Source: Chrysomallon squamiferum (lineage: Eukaryota > Animalia > Mollusca). From it: DNA of 64,000 nt. The position numbers and the translations under genes were made by a program. Shown here one piece after another: positions 43,639 to 58,919 of this stretch. Under the pieces are notes generated by a model that worked only from the letters and a program-made list of their open reading frames with translations, was not told the DNA's origin and searched no databases. The stretch's first letter is position 1. Each line of letters begins with the position of its first letter. The stretch covers positions 15,624,001-15,688,000 of the forward strand of contig CM022670.1 of the NCBI GenBank assembly GCA_012295275.1, read 5' to 3'.

Positions 43639-45271
43639 TGTATGTAATGTTAACTTCTGTCATTCTTTATCAGTACTGAAACATCAGTAGAAGGTAACAG
43701 ATCTGTCTAACTCCAGCCCCGGACTAACTTAGACACATTTTAACAAATTCAGTAAGGGATGTAATTCTCCAGGGTTAGAATCGGAGATAACATCACTTTT
43801 CCGGATTTCATGGACGGTTAGTATTTCAGTGCGAGTGATCATGATGCATGCTGGGAAGTATCTGCAACTGTCTGGTGGGAATTCATCAAAGGACGACGAA
43901 ACTTTGTTAAAAAGCTGGCGATGCTATCGTGCAGTTTAACGATCTCTGAATTTGTTACATAATTGTTTTATTAATGAGTTTTTATTCAATGATTTTATTA
44001 TGTAACGTATAAAACGAAGAAGCTATATTAAAGTAGTATTAGAAATAGTTTAAAAAATCCTCTATGCTTCGCAGCATTCATAGAATTTGGGAGGCGGGTA
44101 AAGGGTGGTTTTTGAACGGGGCAGCAGCCGAGTAAGAGTTGGTATAAGTACAAACATATAAACACACAGATATGGAACCCATGGAAGCGTTCAGTTCAGT
44201 GTGGCCTCAGAATTTCTGTATTGCCGAGAAGCAAGTCACGGAAATTAGTTTGGATTTGGTAATCTGGTTAGGCCGGGGAAAAAAAATGACCAAAAAAAAA
44301 ACTACACAGAAATTTGTGAAAACTATAAATGGAAGCATTTACTTCAGATGTTTTTATATTATGTATGTGTCGTGAAGACAGACTTTAAATAACAGAGAAA
44401 GAAAGTTAGACTTTAAATAACACAGAAAACCTTTTCAAGATAGCTATAAAACAAGGTCAACATTTTTCTAATGACATTAAATCAACATAATTAAATGGGT
44501 TTGTGCTATTACCTACAAAGGTACTTTAGAGGATGGACGTAACAAAATTTTTATTTAATAAAAAAATTAAAGTATTTAATTTTCATTATTCAGGTAAATT
44601 ATGCTGTATAAAGAAGATAACGAGGAAAATGAGTAATGTGGCAAACAAATGAATAAGAAAAATCCTTTCTGTAATGATCTACGTCGAAGTATTTAGACCT
44701 GAATGTATGTTATCCTGTCTTTGATACAAACAAACATACATACATAATACAAAAATACAAACATATATAACAGTTCTTGCTTCTAAAGATGTGGATTAGA
44801 CACTAAATTTGGGAAGCTGTATCTTCTCTCTTATATAAATAAAAAAATAAAGAAGAAGAAGCTTTATCTGACATCTGTTAATAGCAGTGTACTGAAGTGT
44901 TTTTAAAATCAGAATTAATTCTTTCATTACTACTCCGAACTGGCAAAACGAAAGAGAACTCCGACATACCAAATTATGTAGTGTACCAGCCGATCGTGCT
45001 ATCGGTGGACAATTAGAAGGGATGAACGCAGTTAATTGCCAGCGTATATCTGGCGCTGTCCGTTTCAGTGAAAGCAACACGCCCAGTTAACCGAATCCTG
45101 CTTCTCAAGACGCGGTATTAAAAGTCGCTGCGTTAGGCTAGCAGGTTTAAATCGTCGTATAAACTGAAATTCAAAAACGGTCATTGAAATTAAATAGAGT
45201 AACAGGTGCATGTAAACTCGTTTAAAAACAAAATTAAAAAGAAGATGCGATGATGATGATGATGATGATAA

Positions 45272-45316
<45 letters not shown>

Positions 45317-46428
45317 ATATACATACATGCATACATTTTATGTTTTAAACCTATAAATATGAAATGTGCACGATTCAAACACATCTAAACAGAGCATAAA
45401 ACGGATAAGCGTCTGTTATCCTCCAACATATTTATTACTATTGATATACCTGAAAAGTAAAAAAAACAACAACATCTTGTGAAGTTCGAATTCTATTAAA
45501 TTATCTCATACCAAACAACCATAACGTAAATATATTACAACTTCATAAACTACGCTAGTCAAAATAAAATTAACATCCATGTTTTCAAAATTAATAAATT
45601 AAAAACATCCATGTTAAATAAAGATTAATTTTTAGTCAAAACTTGAAAAAAAAAATTTTTGGACAACAAACAAAAAAAAATAAAATAAATAAATAAATAA
45701 ATAATAATGGGGGTAATTCACACACAAAAGAAACGCTGCAAAGGTGACCTTATATTTGTTGTAAGATAAAACAACTTGTGTGACCAAGTAATAAAATGTC
45801 AGGAAAAACACATCTGCTGTCAGACTGTACACTTGTCGCTATGCTCGCTGATTAGGAAGTCACCTCCGTCCATTAGCGTGGCCAGGTTATCACCAGAGTC
45901 AAAAACGCTGATTGGATGTCGCCACTGGGCTAGTCCAACCGTGAATAGCGACACATAACAATGTCAGACGTGTCTAAATCAAATTGGCGGACTAATTTAT
46001 ATTTTGAAACAGAGTTTGGTGGAAGCTGTGTAAAAACGACGCTCCCATTCTAACGTCCCTAAATGGAGTATGTAGTCAGGATTTTAATTTTTGACATAAC
46101 TGCCCAATAAATATTTCAAGAGCAGTAGGTAAAATAATAATAATAATAATAATAACGGCAACAATAATAACAATGTTTAGTTTCTATTAGAGTATTAATG
46201 TTTGTTGCCTGACAATATTGATTTAGTTTTTGGTGAAATTTTACTAAAAATTCGCAACTCTATCAATATTTTAATGAGTTATTATAAGCATTGTTTCGAT
46301 GTGGAATGTGATTTTTTTTATAAATAAATAAATAAAAAGAAAAGAAAAAAACAAAAACAAACATGAAAAACACACACACACACACACACACACACATGCC
46401 TATATTTATATAGCACACATTAAATAAT

Positions 46429-46476
<48 letters not shown>

Positions 46477-47619
46477 TTCACACCAGAGAATCTCCCTGTA
46501 TTTTGTCTCCTGCTGACAGAACACTAAACACGACTAGGGTTGATTATTTAGTAAACTGCCACACATTATTACGCGGCTACTGTGTGTATCAGTTAACCTA
46601 TACAACTTACACGTGTTCAGGTGTCTACACAGAATCGCAATAATCACTTGACTGTTGATTGTCATACACCAGTGGTGTACCTAACAGTGTATTAGCTGCT
46701 GTAGAAACTAGACAGAAAAAGTTCAAGAACTTCATAATGATATGCTGTAACTGCTACAACCATCATTACTACTACTACTACAACTACTACAAAACCTACA
46801 ACCAACACCTCTATCACTACTATTACTTCTACAACTACCTCTACTACTACTACTACTACTACCACCACCATCACCACCACTACTACTACTAATGATAATA
46901 ATAATAATCACGAGGATTGTGATATAATGATGATGAGATAATAATAATGATGAAGATAATGATATGATGTCGTCATAATTAACAGAAAAATTAGCCAGAG
47001 ATAAAAATTTAATATGACAAACTTGAAGTATATTTATAAGTGCTTGTGCCTTTCCGTGCAGTATTTTAGTAAAACCTAATAAATTAATAAATAAACAAAT
47101 ACTATAAAGACTTTAGACACAAGAAGAAATAATAATAATACAGGAAAGAAAGAAAGAAAGAAAGAAAGAAATTAAGAAAATGAACTGAAAGTGAAACGTA
47201 CATAATGTTTCTATTCACTGAGAATGGATGAAATTAAATTCTGTTGATAAAGCTGACTCTAACAAGAAAACCTGATAGAGTGTGTTAAAAATACCCGTCA
47301 TGAATGAGAAACAAGATAGATCCAGCACGATTTTTATCTTACTCCTTGTAAAAATTATCACATGTGGCTGGAGAATAAATATCTTGTAAACAGACCCTAG
47401 ACTTCGCGGTGGTAATATTCATTTTATCAGGAAAACCGCTTCAAAATATATACTTTTATCTATTAAAGTATATATAGTTTACTAAAATTTCAACCAGCCA
47501 AAGTTCGCGGCATTTCAATATGAATGGAATTTTTTTTTTTTTTTTTTATCTTTTAGGTCTTATGAAGGACATAATTATTATGATTGGCAGGATGTGTTGG
47601 TTTTATTTCTATAGAAGGA

Positions 47620-47629
47620 GTGATGTTTT

Positions 47630-47708
<79 letters not shown>

Positions 47709-47749
47709 AAGGCATGAATGTAATTTCAATGAAAGTTGACTGTTGTTTT

Positions 47750-47795
<46 letters not shown>

Positions 47796-47834
47796 GGCAT
47801 GAATGTAATTTCAATGAAAGTTGACTGTTGTTTT

Positions 47835-47898
<64 letters not shown>

Positions 47899-47962
47899 AA
47901 CGCAAGTGTTTTTTATTTCAATGAAAGTTGACTGTTGTTTTGCTCTCTCTCTCTCTCTCTTG
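47620..47962. repeat. Compound tandem repeat: ~43-bp unit alternating with (CT)n
   Basis: gaaggcatgaatgtaatttcaatgaaagttgactgttgttttg(ct)n occurs twice, followed by a third partial unit. Confidence 0.85.
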
Positions 47963-49738
47963 CTTTTTTCTCTGAATTAGAAATTGATTGTGATTCTTCA
48001 CGTGATCTCCACGTCGGTCTACACGCAAATAACGTGCACTGCACGCGCCATGGCCAGAGGCAAGTCACGGAAATTGGTTTGGAGCGAAGAATGAATGACT
48101 AGTATCGTCGCTAAATTTCATTACAAAATTAGTTAAATAGATTATTTTGTTTTTCCATTGTTACAGCCACTGAACCCGAACCTGCAAACAGGCGTACGCC
48201 AGACGCTGAAGTTTTCATAATTTTGCACGAACAAAGAAATGACCAATGTGTGTGTAATTTATAACGTATCGGCAAAGAGGACAATGCACCGACAACAATA
48301 TTTTTGTTGTCTCGTGGTTTCTAGATCCACTGAGTAACATGTTGTACTGAATGTTACTTCTTTCTACTGAGAATACACTTTTAAAATCATTATAATAATA
48401 GTAAGATGAAGAAAATTCCTTAAATTTAACATGTTACACTGAAAAGTTACTTCTTTTTAACGAGTATGCTAATTTAAAAAAAAAAAAAATTAGAATTAAA
48501 ATTTTTTTTAAATTAAAATAATAATAATAATAAGTAGTAGTAGAAGAATAATCTACATCTTTAAAATTCGTTAATTTTTTATAAATCAAACAAAAAGGTG
48601 TGCACATCATTAAACCTAACAGTTATTTGATGAATATATGTGTTACAATTAATCTGATATTAATGACTGTCTATTAAATAGTCAAAGAGCAGCAATGATA
48701 GTAATAATCAGTAATAGTTCTTGTGAGTTCTAATAATTTGTGTGAATATATTCTAATGTCCTCTGAGTTTGTTCTTGTATCCTGTGAGTTTACTTTTAAT
48801 ATGTGAATTTGTTATAACGTCTTGTGAGTGAGTTCCAGTTCGAGTGAGTTTGTAAATAATATCACAAGAGAGAAAACTCACTAGCAGCAAAAATTCATTT
48901 ATGAAATTTTTCCCTTAAGAAAACTGAATATCACTGCCTCTCATAGATTATATGTGGGTTTCTCACTGAAAAATCTTGAAGCGTTGTAATCGGACCTAAA
49001 AACCCACAAACTTTCTAATGCAGCATAAAAAAGACAATTTAATAATTCATGAAACTGAAACCCCCAAATTTTATTACGTGTTGATTTTTGGATACTCGAT
49101 AATTTATTAAATTAGAATGACTAGATACCAGCTGATGGATTTCACAATACTTTGTAAATAATTAAGACTTGTGTGTATATATATATATATAACTTTAATA
49201 ATAAATAAAACCAACCCTGAGCTTGATGAAGCTTTTAATATTTGATCCTCTTAAGCATCTGAATTGTTTCTAAAATGAATGTTTTATTTATTGATTGTTC
49301 TTCTAATTCGCATTTTTTTTTTATTGTAATTGTTATTATTTACATTCATAATTATTCATTTTGTTACTAATAGTTATTATTATTATTATCTGACATTTGA
49401 AAAGTACTAACAGTTGTTGTTGTCGTACTCGTCGACGTCGTTTTGTAGCAGTAGTAGTAGATACAGAAGTAAAATAAATAAATGTGCAGATGTGTTAAAA
49501 ATAGTTAAATAATACGCCCTCTATGGATTTCATCTTTTACTCACTTCAAAACACAATATAATATTTTTATTTATGGATTGACAAGGAGAAAACTGTATTA
49601 AAGTTCAGTTGTGACTGGTATACATCATGTCTAAGCCAAAATAAGAAGTTATTAATTAATGTAGATGGTTCATACTAAATGTGTACATAGACTTAGTGCA
49701 GCGTGTCTAACATTTTGTAATTAAAAAATAAATAAATA

Positions 49739-49784
<46 letters not shown>

Positions 49785-50369
49785 GAAACTAGAGAACTCA
49801 CGTACACAAACAAACTCACGAGTTAAACAAAGAAAATTAAATTAAAAAATCGAAATGAATTTTATAATTTTAGTTAAATATATCTACTTTATTACATATA
49901 TATTATGATTATTATCATCATTAGCAGTAGTACTAGTAGCGATAGTGATAGTAGTAGTAGTAGTAGCAGTAGCAATAGTACGATTATTACTACTACTGTA
50001 CTACTGCTTTATTACTATTATAACTACTGTTTCTGTTATTGTTATTGCTGTTGTTGTTGTTATTATTATTACTATTACTTTTACTGTTATTGTGTTGTTC
50101 TTATTATTGTTCAGAAGAAGATATATATTAACTTGATTTTATTATTTTTATTATTCTGATACAAATGATATAATTATTATATTAATTTTCTCACATTCTT
50201 CAGTGATATATAGAAGCTGGTAATTTATAATAATTAACGAATCATGGCATCAGATCTAGACGTTTCTTTTAAAAAACCTCTCCTGAAAGTGCAACTGGTA
50301 CACAATTCCAAGAATACACGAAACCTACACAAATGTCAAATACGTCTTTTCTGGCAGTATACAACCTGA

Positions 50370-50520
50370 TGGCAAAACACGTGGTCCAATTTCACGTGTT
50401 TACAACTGTGACTGACAGGGGGCAACCGAAGGCGGAGTTTACACAGTGGGTGGGGCCAATTTCATTAATGAACTATACGAGCTTCAAAGGCGCCATCTGA
50501 TTGGTTGATTACCTGCAAGA
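50370..50520 (+). promoter_or_regulatory. Putative Hand proximal promoter
   Basis: Two CACGTG E-boxes (50378-50383, 50393-50398) and CCAAT boxes at 50386, 50456 and 50500 (reverse). A GC/GT-box-like GGGTGGGG is also present, all 350-500 bp upstream of the ATG. Confidence 0.55.
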
Positions 50521-50866
50521 GATCTGTTAAGAATTCTCTCCGTGGGTATCTGTTTCACACTGAAATTGAGTGCATATGACAGAGCTGATCATTCGAAGAT
50601 CTCTTATTCGTGAAAACTGGCTCCCGAGATTGTTTTAGTGTCTTTCTAATACATCCTTCGGTTTTGTGAGTAATAATCTTTAAAGAGTGAAATACAAAAC
50701 GTCTTCGTTTCTAATATCTGCAAAGAGAAGACGCTGGAAGGATTCAGGTGAAACCGCACGCAGACTGTTAAAATTAGAGGAGCAAATGGTTGAATTCTTC
50801 TCATAGTCATAAAAAAACCACCTTTAATTTTATTTTAAAAGTTTATTTTTATTATTTTTTATCAAA

Positions 50867-51376
50867 ATGAGTCTAAGTGTAGGTGGATACGCTCAAGGGT
50901 ACGCTCACCCGGGTCCCATGACCCACGAGTTCTACCAGTACCCTCAAGTCAGGTACCCGGACCACAGCGAGCATCCAGGCTACTACCAGAACTGGATGCT
51001 GAATCCACAGGAGCTGACTCCACCCGACCAGTACATGCAGCTGGATCTGGCTCACACGAATCCACTGGAGTATACGGTGCACTACGAAAACGGGGTGAGG
51101 TGCGTGAAAAGGCGAATTACCGCCAACAAGAAGGAGAGGAGAAGGACAATGAGCATAAACAACGCGTTCGCCTCGTTGCGCGGCTGCATCCCCAACGTTC
51201 CCTCGGACACTAAGCTGTCGAAGATCAAGACGTTGCGGCTGGCCACCAGCTACATCGCCTATCTCATGGACATTCTTCAGAAAGACGACCCCTCTCTGAG
51301 CGAGCCGGGTTTCAAAGCGGAGCTCACGAAAAAGGCCGAGAGGAAAACGATTGCGGATGACAAGAAGAAAGAAATG
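50867..51376 (+). CDS. HAND: Heart- and neural crest derivatives-expressed (Hand) bHLH transcription factor, exon 1 (170 aa)
   Basis: N-terminus MSLSVGGY..; bHLH KRRITANKKERRRTMSINNAFASLRGCIPNVPSDTKLSKIKTLRLATSYIAYLMDILQKDD..FKAEL. Donor ATG|gtgagg after 51376. The C-terminal GRTGWPQ.VWA exon was not found in the window. Confidence 0.95.
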
Positions 51377-52686
51377 GTGAGGATTTTATTCCTTAAACTT
51401 TGTTCCGTCTCTTTTTATTCTTCTTTTCTTCTCTCTTTTTTTTTTTTTTTTTTTTTATTTCTTCTTCATTTTTTTTAATTCTTTTTTTTTTTTTTTTTAA
51501 ATTATTTATTACCTTTTATTTTCGTTCGTTCGTTTTTGTTTTGCTTTTTAATATTTTTTTTTTAAATTTCTTTTTTCTTTTTTATGATTTGGAAATTGTT
51601 TTTGACATGTGTTGTTTATTCCGTCCCCGTTCTGCAGATAAGTCTGACACAGCTGATTTAATGTAACATCTTATTCTGCAGTAAATGCCACGATATTTAT
51701 TTCAGTAAGACCCAGGCAGTAAAAAAAATGCCATAACGTTAAGTATCTGGTTTTAGATTTCAACAATTAATTTGCTAATAAAAATTCGCAATCATTGCTT
51801 TAAAGATATACTTGTAAAACAGCGCGAAGACAACTGGATCAGAAATTGACAATGCTTCCAAAACGTACAGTTAATATCTTCACCTTTACATAGAGAAACT
51901 AACAGGTTTTCAAATATATTTAAAATCAGATATACTCTATAAATCTAAAACCTGAAATGTACATCACTGTATAACTTAATAAAATTCCTGAAGCACGTGT
52001 AAAATTAAAATGTCAAGTTTATACGAAATAATATTATTATTCGTACTAAAAATTAGTTATTAAATTATAAAACGTTGTTTAAAATATAATGATAATGCTA
52101 TGTTATTTACTTTATTGCAGACAGTTTGTTTTAGCGCAGTTATAAAATTTTGTTACTGACTTAAAACCAGATTGTTTGATAAGTTGTAAAGTCTCAAATA
52201 ATTATAAACACAATTTTTAACATCAGTATTGGTATTTAGATTCTAGATATACTGTCCTGACAATTCAAATTATTAGAATACATACTAGTTTACCTTGTTC
52301 TTTTATTATTTTATCAAAATTCTACATATGGCCTATTTTTATTTTCTGGAAAGCAGATATATAAAAATATACTGAATTAGAATGAAGAAGTATTTTATTT
52401 TATATTAAATACAATATTTTAAATGAATTTTTTTGCTATTATTATTTACTGCTTCTTTATATAAAATAACTGATTAGAATAAATAAACATCAATTGTATT
52501 TTTAATATAAACAGGAACATCATACTAATTTCTAAACTGTGAATAGATATATATTTTAAATTTTTAATTAATTATATCACGAACAACTAGAAGATAAGTT
52601 ATAAACGAATATTTATTTTTAAAATCAGTTGTGGAAATTGATTGTATTTATTTTAATTTTTATTGTTGTTGTTGTTGTTGTTGTTG

Positions 52687-52725
<39 letters not shown>

Positions 52726-52868
52726 TCGATTTAAAGAAATCGGTAAATAATTATTTATTTGTTGTGCATATATTTAAATTCAAATTTAATTCAAATATAT
52801 GTTATTTATAATATTTTTAATATCAAATATTATATTATTTATGTTTCTTCCAGGCTATAATAATAAAT

Positions 52869-52903
<35 letters not shown>

Positions 52904-53487
52904 GAGGAAGAAGAAATTTAATTTTCGTAATTCAAAATATATTTTCTTCTGTTTGTTTGAACAATTATATTTCTACTATTAAATATTATTACTAAATAAG
53001 CAAATATAAAACGGGTAGACATTATGTATATAAATCTTAACGCGGACATGCATATATCTGCATACTTATTATGTGCGTGTACGTACGGTGCGTGTGTCCT
53101 AAAATGCCAAAAACAATAACAGAAAGGCTAGTTTGCTGTGTGCTGTATGAAGACGGCGGACCAAAACACGTGTTTGAAGTGTAACTCAGAGCCGTTATTA
53201 AACTGTTTTGTGCGACAGTTACTGTTACAGTGCGGAGAAAGCCCGGCCTAGAGACAGACCCCCGCGAAGCGAAAAGATTTGCGATGTTTTAGCACTGTCA
53301 GTATCACTTTACTCTCCCCGTGTGGTTGATAAAACAATCATGTATGATCTACACACGATACGTATATATAATATCTCTCTCTCTACATATATATATATAT
53401 ATATATAAATATATATCATATATGTATCTGTGTGTGAATGTGGGTATATATGTGTCTGTATATATATATATATAGAACGATAGATTT

Positions 53488-53530
<43 letters not shown>

Positions 53531-53732
53531 CGATAGATAGGTGTAAGATATGTGTGTGTGTTTGTATGGGTTTGTGAGAGTCTGTGTGAATATGTTACGT
53601 GCGTGTGTACTAAATCTAAGTATTTTAATACTAACGAGAAAATTTAGTGTGAAATAATAAAGAATTTTTTGTTACTTGAAATTTCGATTATTAGTATTAT
53701 TATTGTTATTGTTGTTGCTATTGTTATTGTTA

Positions 53733-53790
<58 letters not shown>

Positions 53791-53824
53791 GTCATCGTCA
53801 TCGTCATCATCGCCATCATCATCA

Positions 53825-53829
<5 letters not shown>

Positions 53830-53858
<29 letters not shown>

Positions 53859-54000
53859 CATTATCGAATAATGATTTTTTTAAAATCTAGGCAATAAAAT
53901 ACAATTTAAAAATTAATGAATCAAAGTTAACTTTAATAGTTCTGGATGTAATTAGTTCTTATTAACTTTATTATTAATATAACTTTAATATTATTATTAT

Positions 54001-54096
<96 letters not shown>

Positions 54097-54420
54097 CAAC
54101 AGTTTATTTAGTTTATTTTTTTTGTTTATTTTGTTTATTATTTTATTATTATTATTATTATTATTATCGAATAATGATTTTTTTAAAATCTAGGCAATAA
54201 AATACAATTTAAAAATTAATGAATCAAAGTTAACTTTAATAGTTCTGGATGTAATTAATTCTTATTAACTTTATTATTAATATAACTTTAATATTATTAT
54301 TATTATTAGTAGTAGTAGTAGTAGTAGTAGTAGTAGCAGCAGCAGTAGTAGTAGTAGTAGTAGCAACAGTAGTAGTAGTATTTTGTTGATTTTGTTTATT
54401 TTTATTATTATTATTATTAT
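53830..54420. repeat. Local tandem duplication, period 303 bp, bounded by (TTA)n/(TAG)n
   Basis: A ~140-bp unique core at 53861-54000 is repeated almost identically at 54164-54303. Confidence 0.9.
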
Positions 54421-54453
54421 AATTATAATTATTACTATTATTATTATTATTAC

Positions 54454-54508
<55 letters not shown>

Positions 54509-57500
54509 TTTAAAAAATGAATCAGATCATTTTATTCTGAATTTTTTCCCCCAATATATTCTCTTTGAGAATTAAATAATTTTTTTTTCGTTGAATAAAA
54601 TAATAAAATAAACGTAGACATTAATAAATAAATAATATATAAATATGTTTCGTTTTACCTTTAATTATAAATAAATAAATAAATAAATAAACACAATAAG
54701 TACAATAAATAAATAAATAAATAAATAAATAAATGAAACAATAAGATCGATGTCAATTTCATTAGGAAAATGGTCTCACATCGTCCTTAGCTAGTAAAAT
54801 TAATATAAAAAAGTTACATATAAAAAGCACTCGGATTACTCGGATCAATTTCAATAACTTTCACTGTTTTTATGGCACGAAAGTTGATGTAATTAATAAA
54901 ACCAAACCACTAACTAATTAATTAACTGATGATAGCATGCTAATGCCTATTTCCTGTTATTTCTAACCAATATTACGGACGCATACTTCCAAATGAATTT
55001 CCCAAGTGATTCGTTTTAATGAAACACGCGCAAATTTTAATACTGTACATCGTCATAGTTTTGCTGCAGTAAATAAAAATGATTTCCATTTTATAACATA
55101 AAAAAATAATCAGATTTAGTAATGGAGGGATCTGTCTTTTTTCATTTCGCTTTATTTTATTTATTTTTTAGACTTTTTTTTTTTTTTTTTTTAATTTTAT
55201 TACTGATACTATTTATTTATTTATAGTGTTTATTAATGTGATTTTTTAAATTCTTATTATACTTTTATTATTAGTATTCTTCTTATTATTATTTTCATCA
55301 TCATTATCATCATGATCATCATAATTATTATTAATATTATTTTATTTTTATTTATTTTTATTTATTTTTTTATTTTTTTTTTTTTTTTTGTTTCATAAAA
55401 CTGAAAGTATATTTAAAAATCTATATTATAAATAAATTCTTACATTTTAAATTAAAAATGAAAAGGATGAAAAAATATATGAACTGCAATAAGTGACAAC
55501 GACAAAACAACAATAATAATACTAGTATTAGTAGTAGTCCTAGAAGCAATAATAATAAAAATTATAATAATGAATACAATAACTCACTAACAGTTAAAAA
55601 AAAACAATCAACGTACAAAATAATTTTAATAAATAAATAAATAAATAAATAAAATCGGATATGTATATTCAGATTATTAAAAATTAAATCAGAAAATGTC
55701 GAATTTGGAAGCAGTAACTAATTTCTTTTCCTTTCTTTCTTTTTTTTTTTTTTTTTTTTTTCTCTTTTGTGTTGGTCTAATTTATAAACAAGCCAACATA
55801 TGTATTTAATCCTCATAACTTTTGTCATAAACACTGCTTTCAAAAACCAGACCTGAGTTTCTGATTCTTCGTGGTAGACACAGGCGTTGGTTTAGTTCCA
55901 TATATTGGCAGGCTAGGTAGTTGAGTGAACCGGCTCTTGTCAAATTTCCATAACTTCAGCAAAAATGACAAGAGAATCTGAATACGTCGCGAATAATTTC
56001 AGGAATTACTGTGTTAAAATATAAATAATAGTGAGATATAGTGCATTTATTAGAATGAATTTAAAAATATTTCTTTTTAATGAATTTAAATACAATTTAT
56101 TAGAATCAGTTTAAATGTATATATATATATATCTAACATGATAACAAAATTGTTGAATTATAAGATAGTTTTGATTGCGTTAGTAGTAGTAGTTGTAGTA
56201 GTATGAGTAGCAGTACAAGAATAACTAATAGTAGTTTATTTGTTGCTGCTGCTGTTATTTTTCACTATCTTCTTTTTTCTCTTTTTTTTAAATTATTTTT
56301 ATTATTATTACAATTATTGTAATTATCACCATTATTTTTATTGGTGTTATTATTAATGTTATTATTATTGATGATCATCATCTTTACGTTCAGTTTTCAA
56401 TGAATACATAAAATAATTTCCACATAATATTTTTTTTAAATAATATTTTAAAATATTCGAACAAAATGCGTTAGATATTAGTTTTTATTTGACATTAATC
56501 AAAACAAATTTTGATCATATACGTATACTATAAGAACATAATATGTATGTTATAACCAAAATTTAAAATTAATAATAATAATAATAATAATGATAATAAT
56601 AATAATAATAACAGCAACAATAATAATAACTATTTCAACAGTGATGATGATAATCATGATACTACTACTAATAATAATAATAATAACAGTAGCAATGATG
56701 ATAGCGATGATTATGACGATGATGATCACGATGATAATAAATCAGAACCGTGTCTGGGGTGAATATTACCAAACATCATCCGATCTATTTCAAAACAACA
56801 TCATGTCCAGTGAAATGCACTCGATTACGTTCGGTTTCAATTTCGACCAATAATAACAGGTTTCGCTGTAATTATCGTATTCGTCTTTTGTTTCAAGTTT
56901 ATTCTGACAGCACTCTCTGCTTTTTTCTCTGATAATTAATCAATGTTTCGTTATCTGCAACGCGGGGCTCTACATAATAAGATTGCTTTCTACTTAGAAC
57001 GTCCACTAATATTCCCTAACGGACCAGAATTCCGTTGACAATTTCTCTTTTCGCTTTAATAACACTAATTGAAAATACTGCCGTGAAAATGGTTTCGCCG
57101 TAATTTCCTCCCCGTTGTAAAGGATCCGCTCATTAAGGCGATACGATCACGGGTTTGTGTGTATCTGGCCAATAAAAGGTGGCGCATTGTGATTTGATTA
57201 CGTTGATATACAAAGTCGTCTTTCCCCACTCCCCCTTAAGAAATTATCAGTCGGAGAATTGCTACTGTTGTTATCGTAAATCGGACCCGGCGCACCGCAG
57301 TCGAAAAACGCACAGCTTGCACGCGCTTGTAAATTGCCGACGTCTGTCAGTTATTGTTGTGAATACCGTTACCGCAGATGATTTTCCGAGCCGTCGCAGT
57401 CGTGCGCACGTTCCGACCACGCGGGCTCGGCGATTCCCGATGTTCAGGAAGGGTGGTTAAGTAAATCTCTGCGGGGGGTTGAAGGCTGCGCAAAAATCTG

Positions 57501-58083
57501 TCCACCAGAAGTCCGACGTGCAGTGGATTGTTGTCGAAGACAAAACAAAAGACTGGATAACCAAATTGGATAATTTATGCAACCGCGGTGCATATGGCAG
57601 CGCGTTCTGTTTGTGTCGGCAGATTAAGAGGAGGTGTCAGTTTCTCTCGTTAGATTCTATCAGATGATCGGTCACGTGGCACGAGACCCGATTGTGTTTC
57701 TTTTTTCTCGGTACAAAGTGTGTCACACGTTTCTGTCACGTTGTTTTGATGTGTAGGTTTTATTATTTATATTTTGTTATTATTATTATTATTATTATTA
57801 TTGTTATTATTATTATTATTTAGTTCATTTTAAAAAATCTTATTTCAACTTAAACGCGTTTTTTTTTTTTTTTTTTTTTTTTTTTTTGTTTTTTTCCTTA
57901 TTTTAATTTTAATTTTTAATTTTAATTATTATTTTTTTAATAGTTATACGATATTTATTTCCAATAAACATCGTTTTATTTATCTACATCAATTTTAATT
58001 AATTATTTACTTAATTTATATTATTTTTTATTTATTTATTTATATTTTTTATTTTATTTTTTTTTTTATATATATATATAATA

Positions 58084-58125
<42 letters not shown>

Positions 58126-58164
58126 TGCTTTTTTTTTTTTTTAACCAGAAATATTTTTTTAAAA

Positions 58165-58195
<31 letters not shown>

Positions 58196-58209
58196 GCCAC
58201 TGCTACTAC

Positions 58210-58245
<36 letters not shown>

Positions 58246-58348
58246 GCTAAATAAAAATAAAATAAAATAAAGATAAAGATAAAGGTAATAATTTTCAATA
58301 ATTAAAAATCGTCTCATGCAGAGAGTTTCGAAAAATAAAAAACGACCT

Positions 58349-58383
<35 letters not shown>

Positions 58384-58867
58384 AGAGAGAGAGAGAGAGT
58401 TCAAAGGTTATTCTACAAAACGATAATATGGTTTCCATAAACATCTGAGGTTATTGTTTATATTTACAAGTGCTGGACACGGGAAGACGTGAATCGGGGA
58501 ACTCTATATCTCTTATCTCTCTGCTCATGGGTAGAAAACAAGTTCAGACAACTCACTCCAAAAGAAGTTTCTTTACACATTATTAATTGATTCTTTGTCG
58601 GCTCGGGAGGAGGTCACGAGACACCGAAATAGCTGGTTCTCTTCTAATCTGAAGAGGAATTTAAGTGTTTTTAATAGTCACTCCAGAAGTTGGTGGAGAT
58701 TTTAGTGGGGAAATGGATGATTGAAATATAAATATATATAACAACAGTCGCACCCTAGCAAATATATATAGATATTCATATACATTCATCTAGGCAATTT
58801 CCGATATGTGTTATTATAAGTTATGTGTGAATTAATGTTAATATATATAGGCCTATATATATTTATA

Positions 58868-58919
<52 letters not shown>

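Noticed and set aside
47620-47962. Repeat-spacer pattern resembling a CRISPR array
   Set aside because: The spacers are (CT)n microsatellite, the context is eukaryotic, and there are no cas genes.
48715-48855. Degenerate ~20-bp tgtgagtt repeats
   Set aside because: An ordinary decayed minisatellite with no evidence of function.
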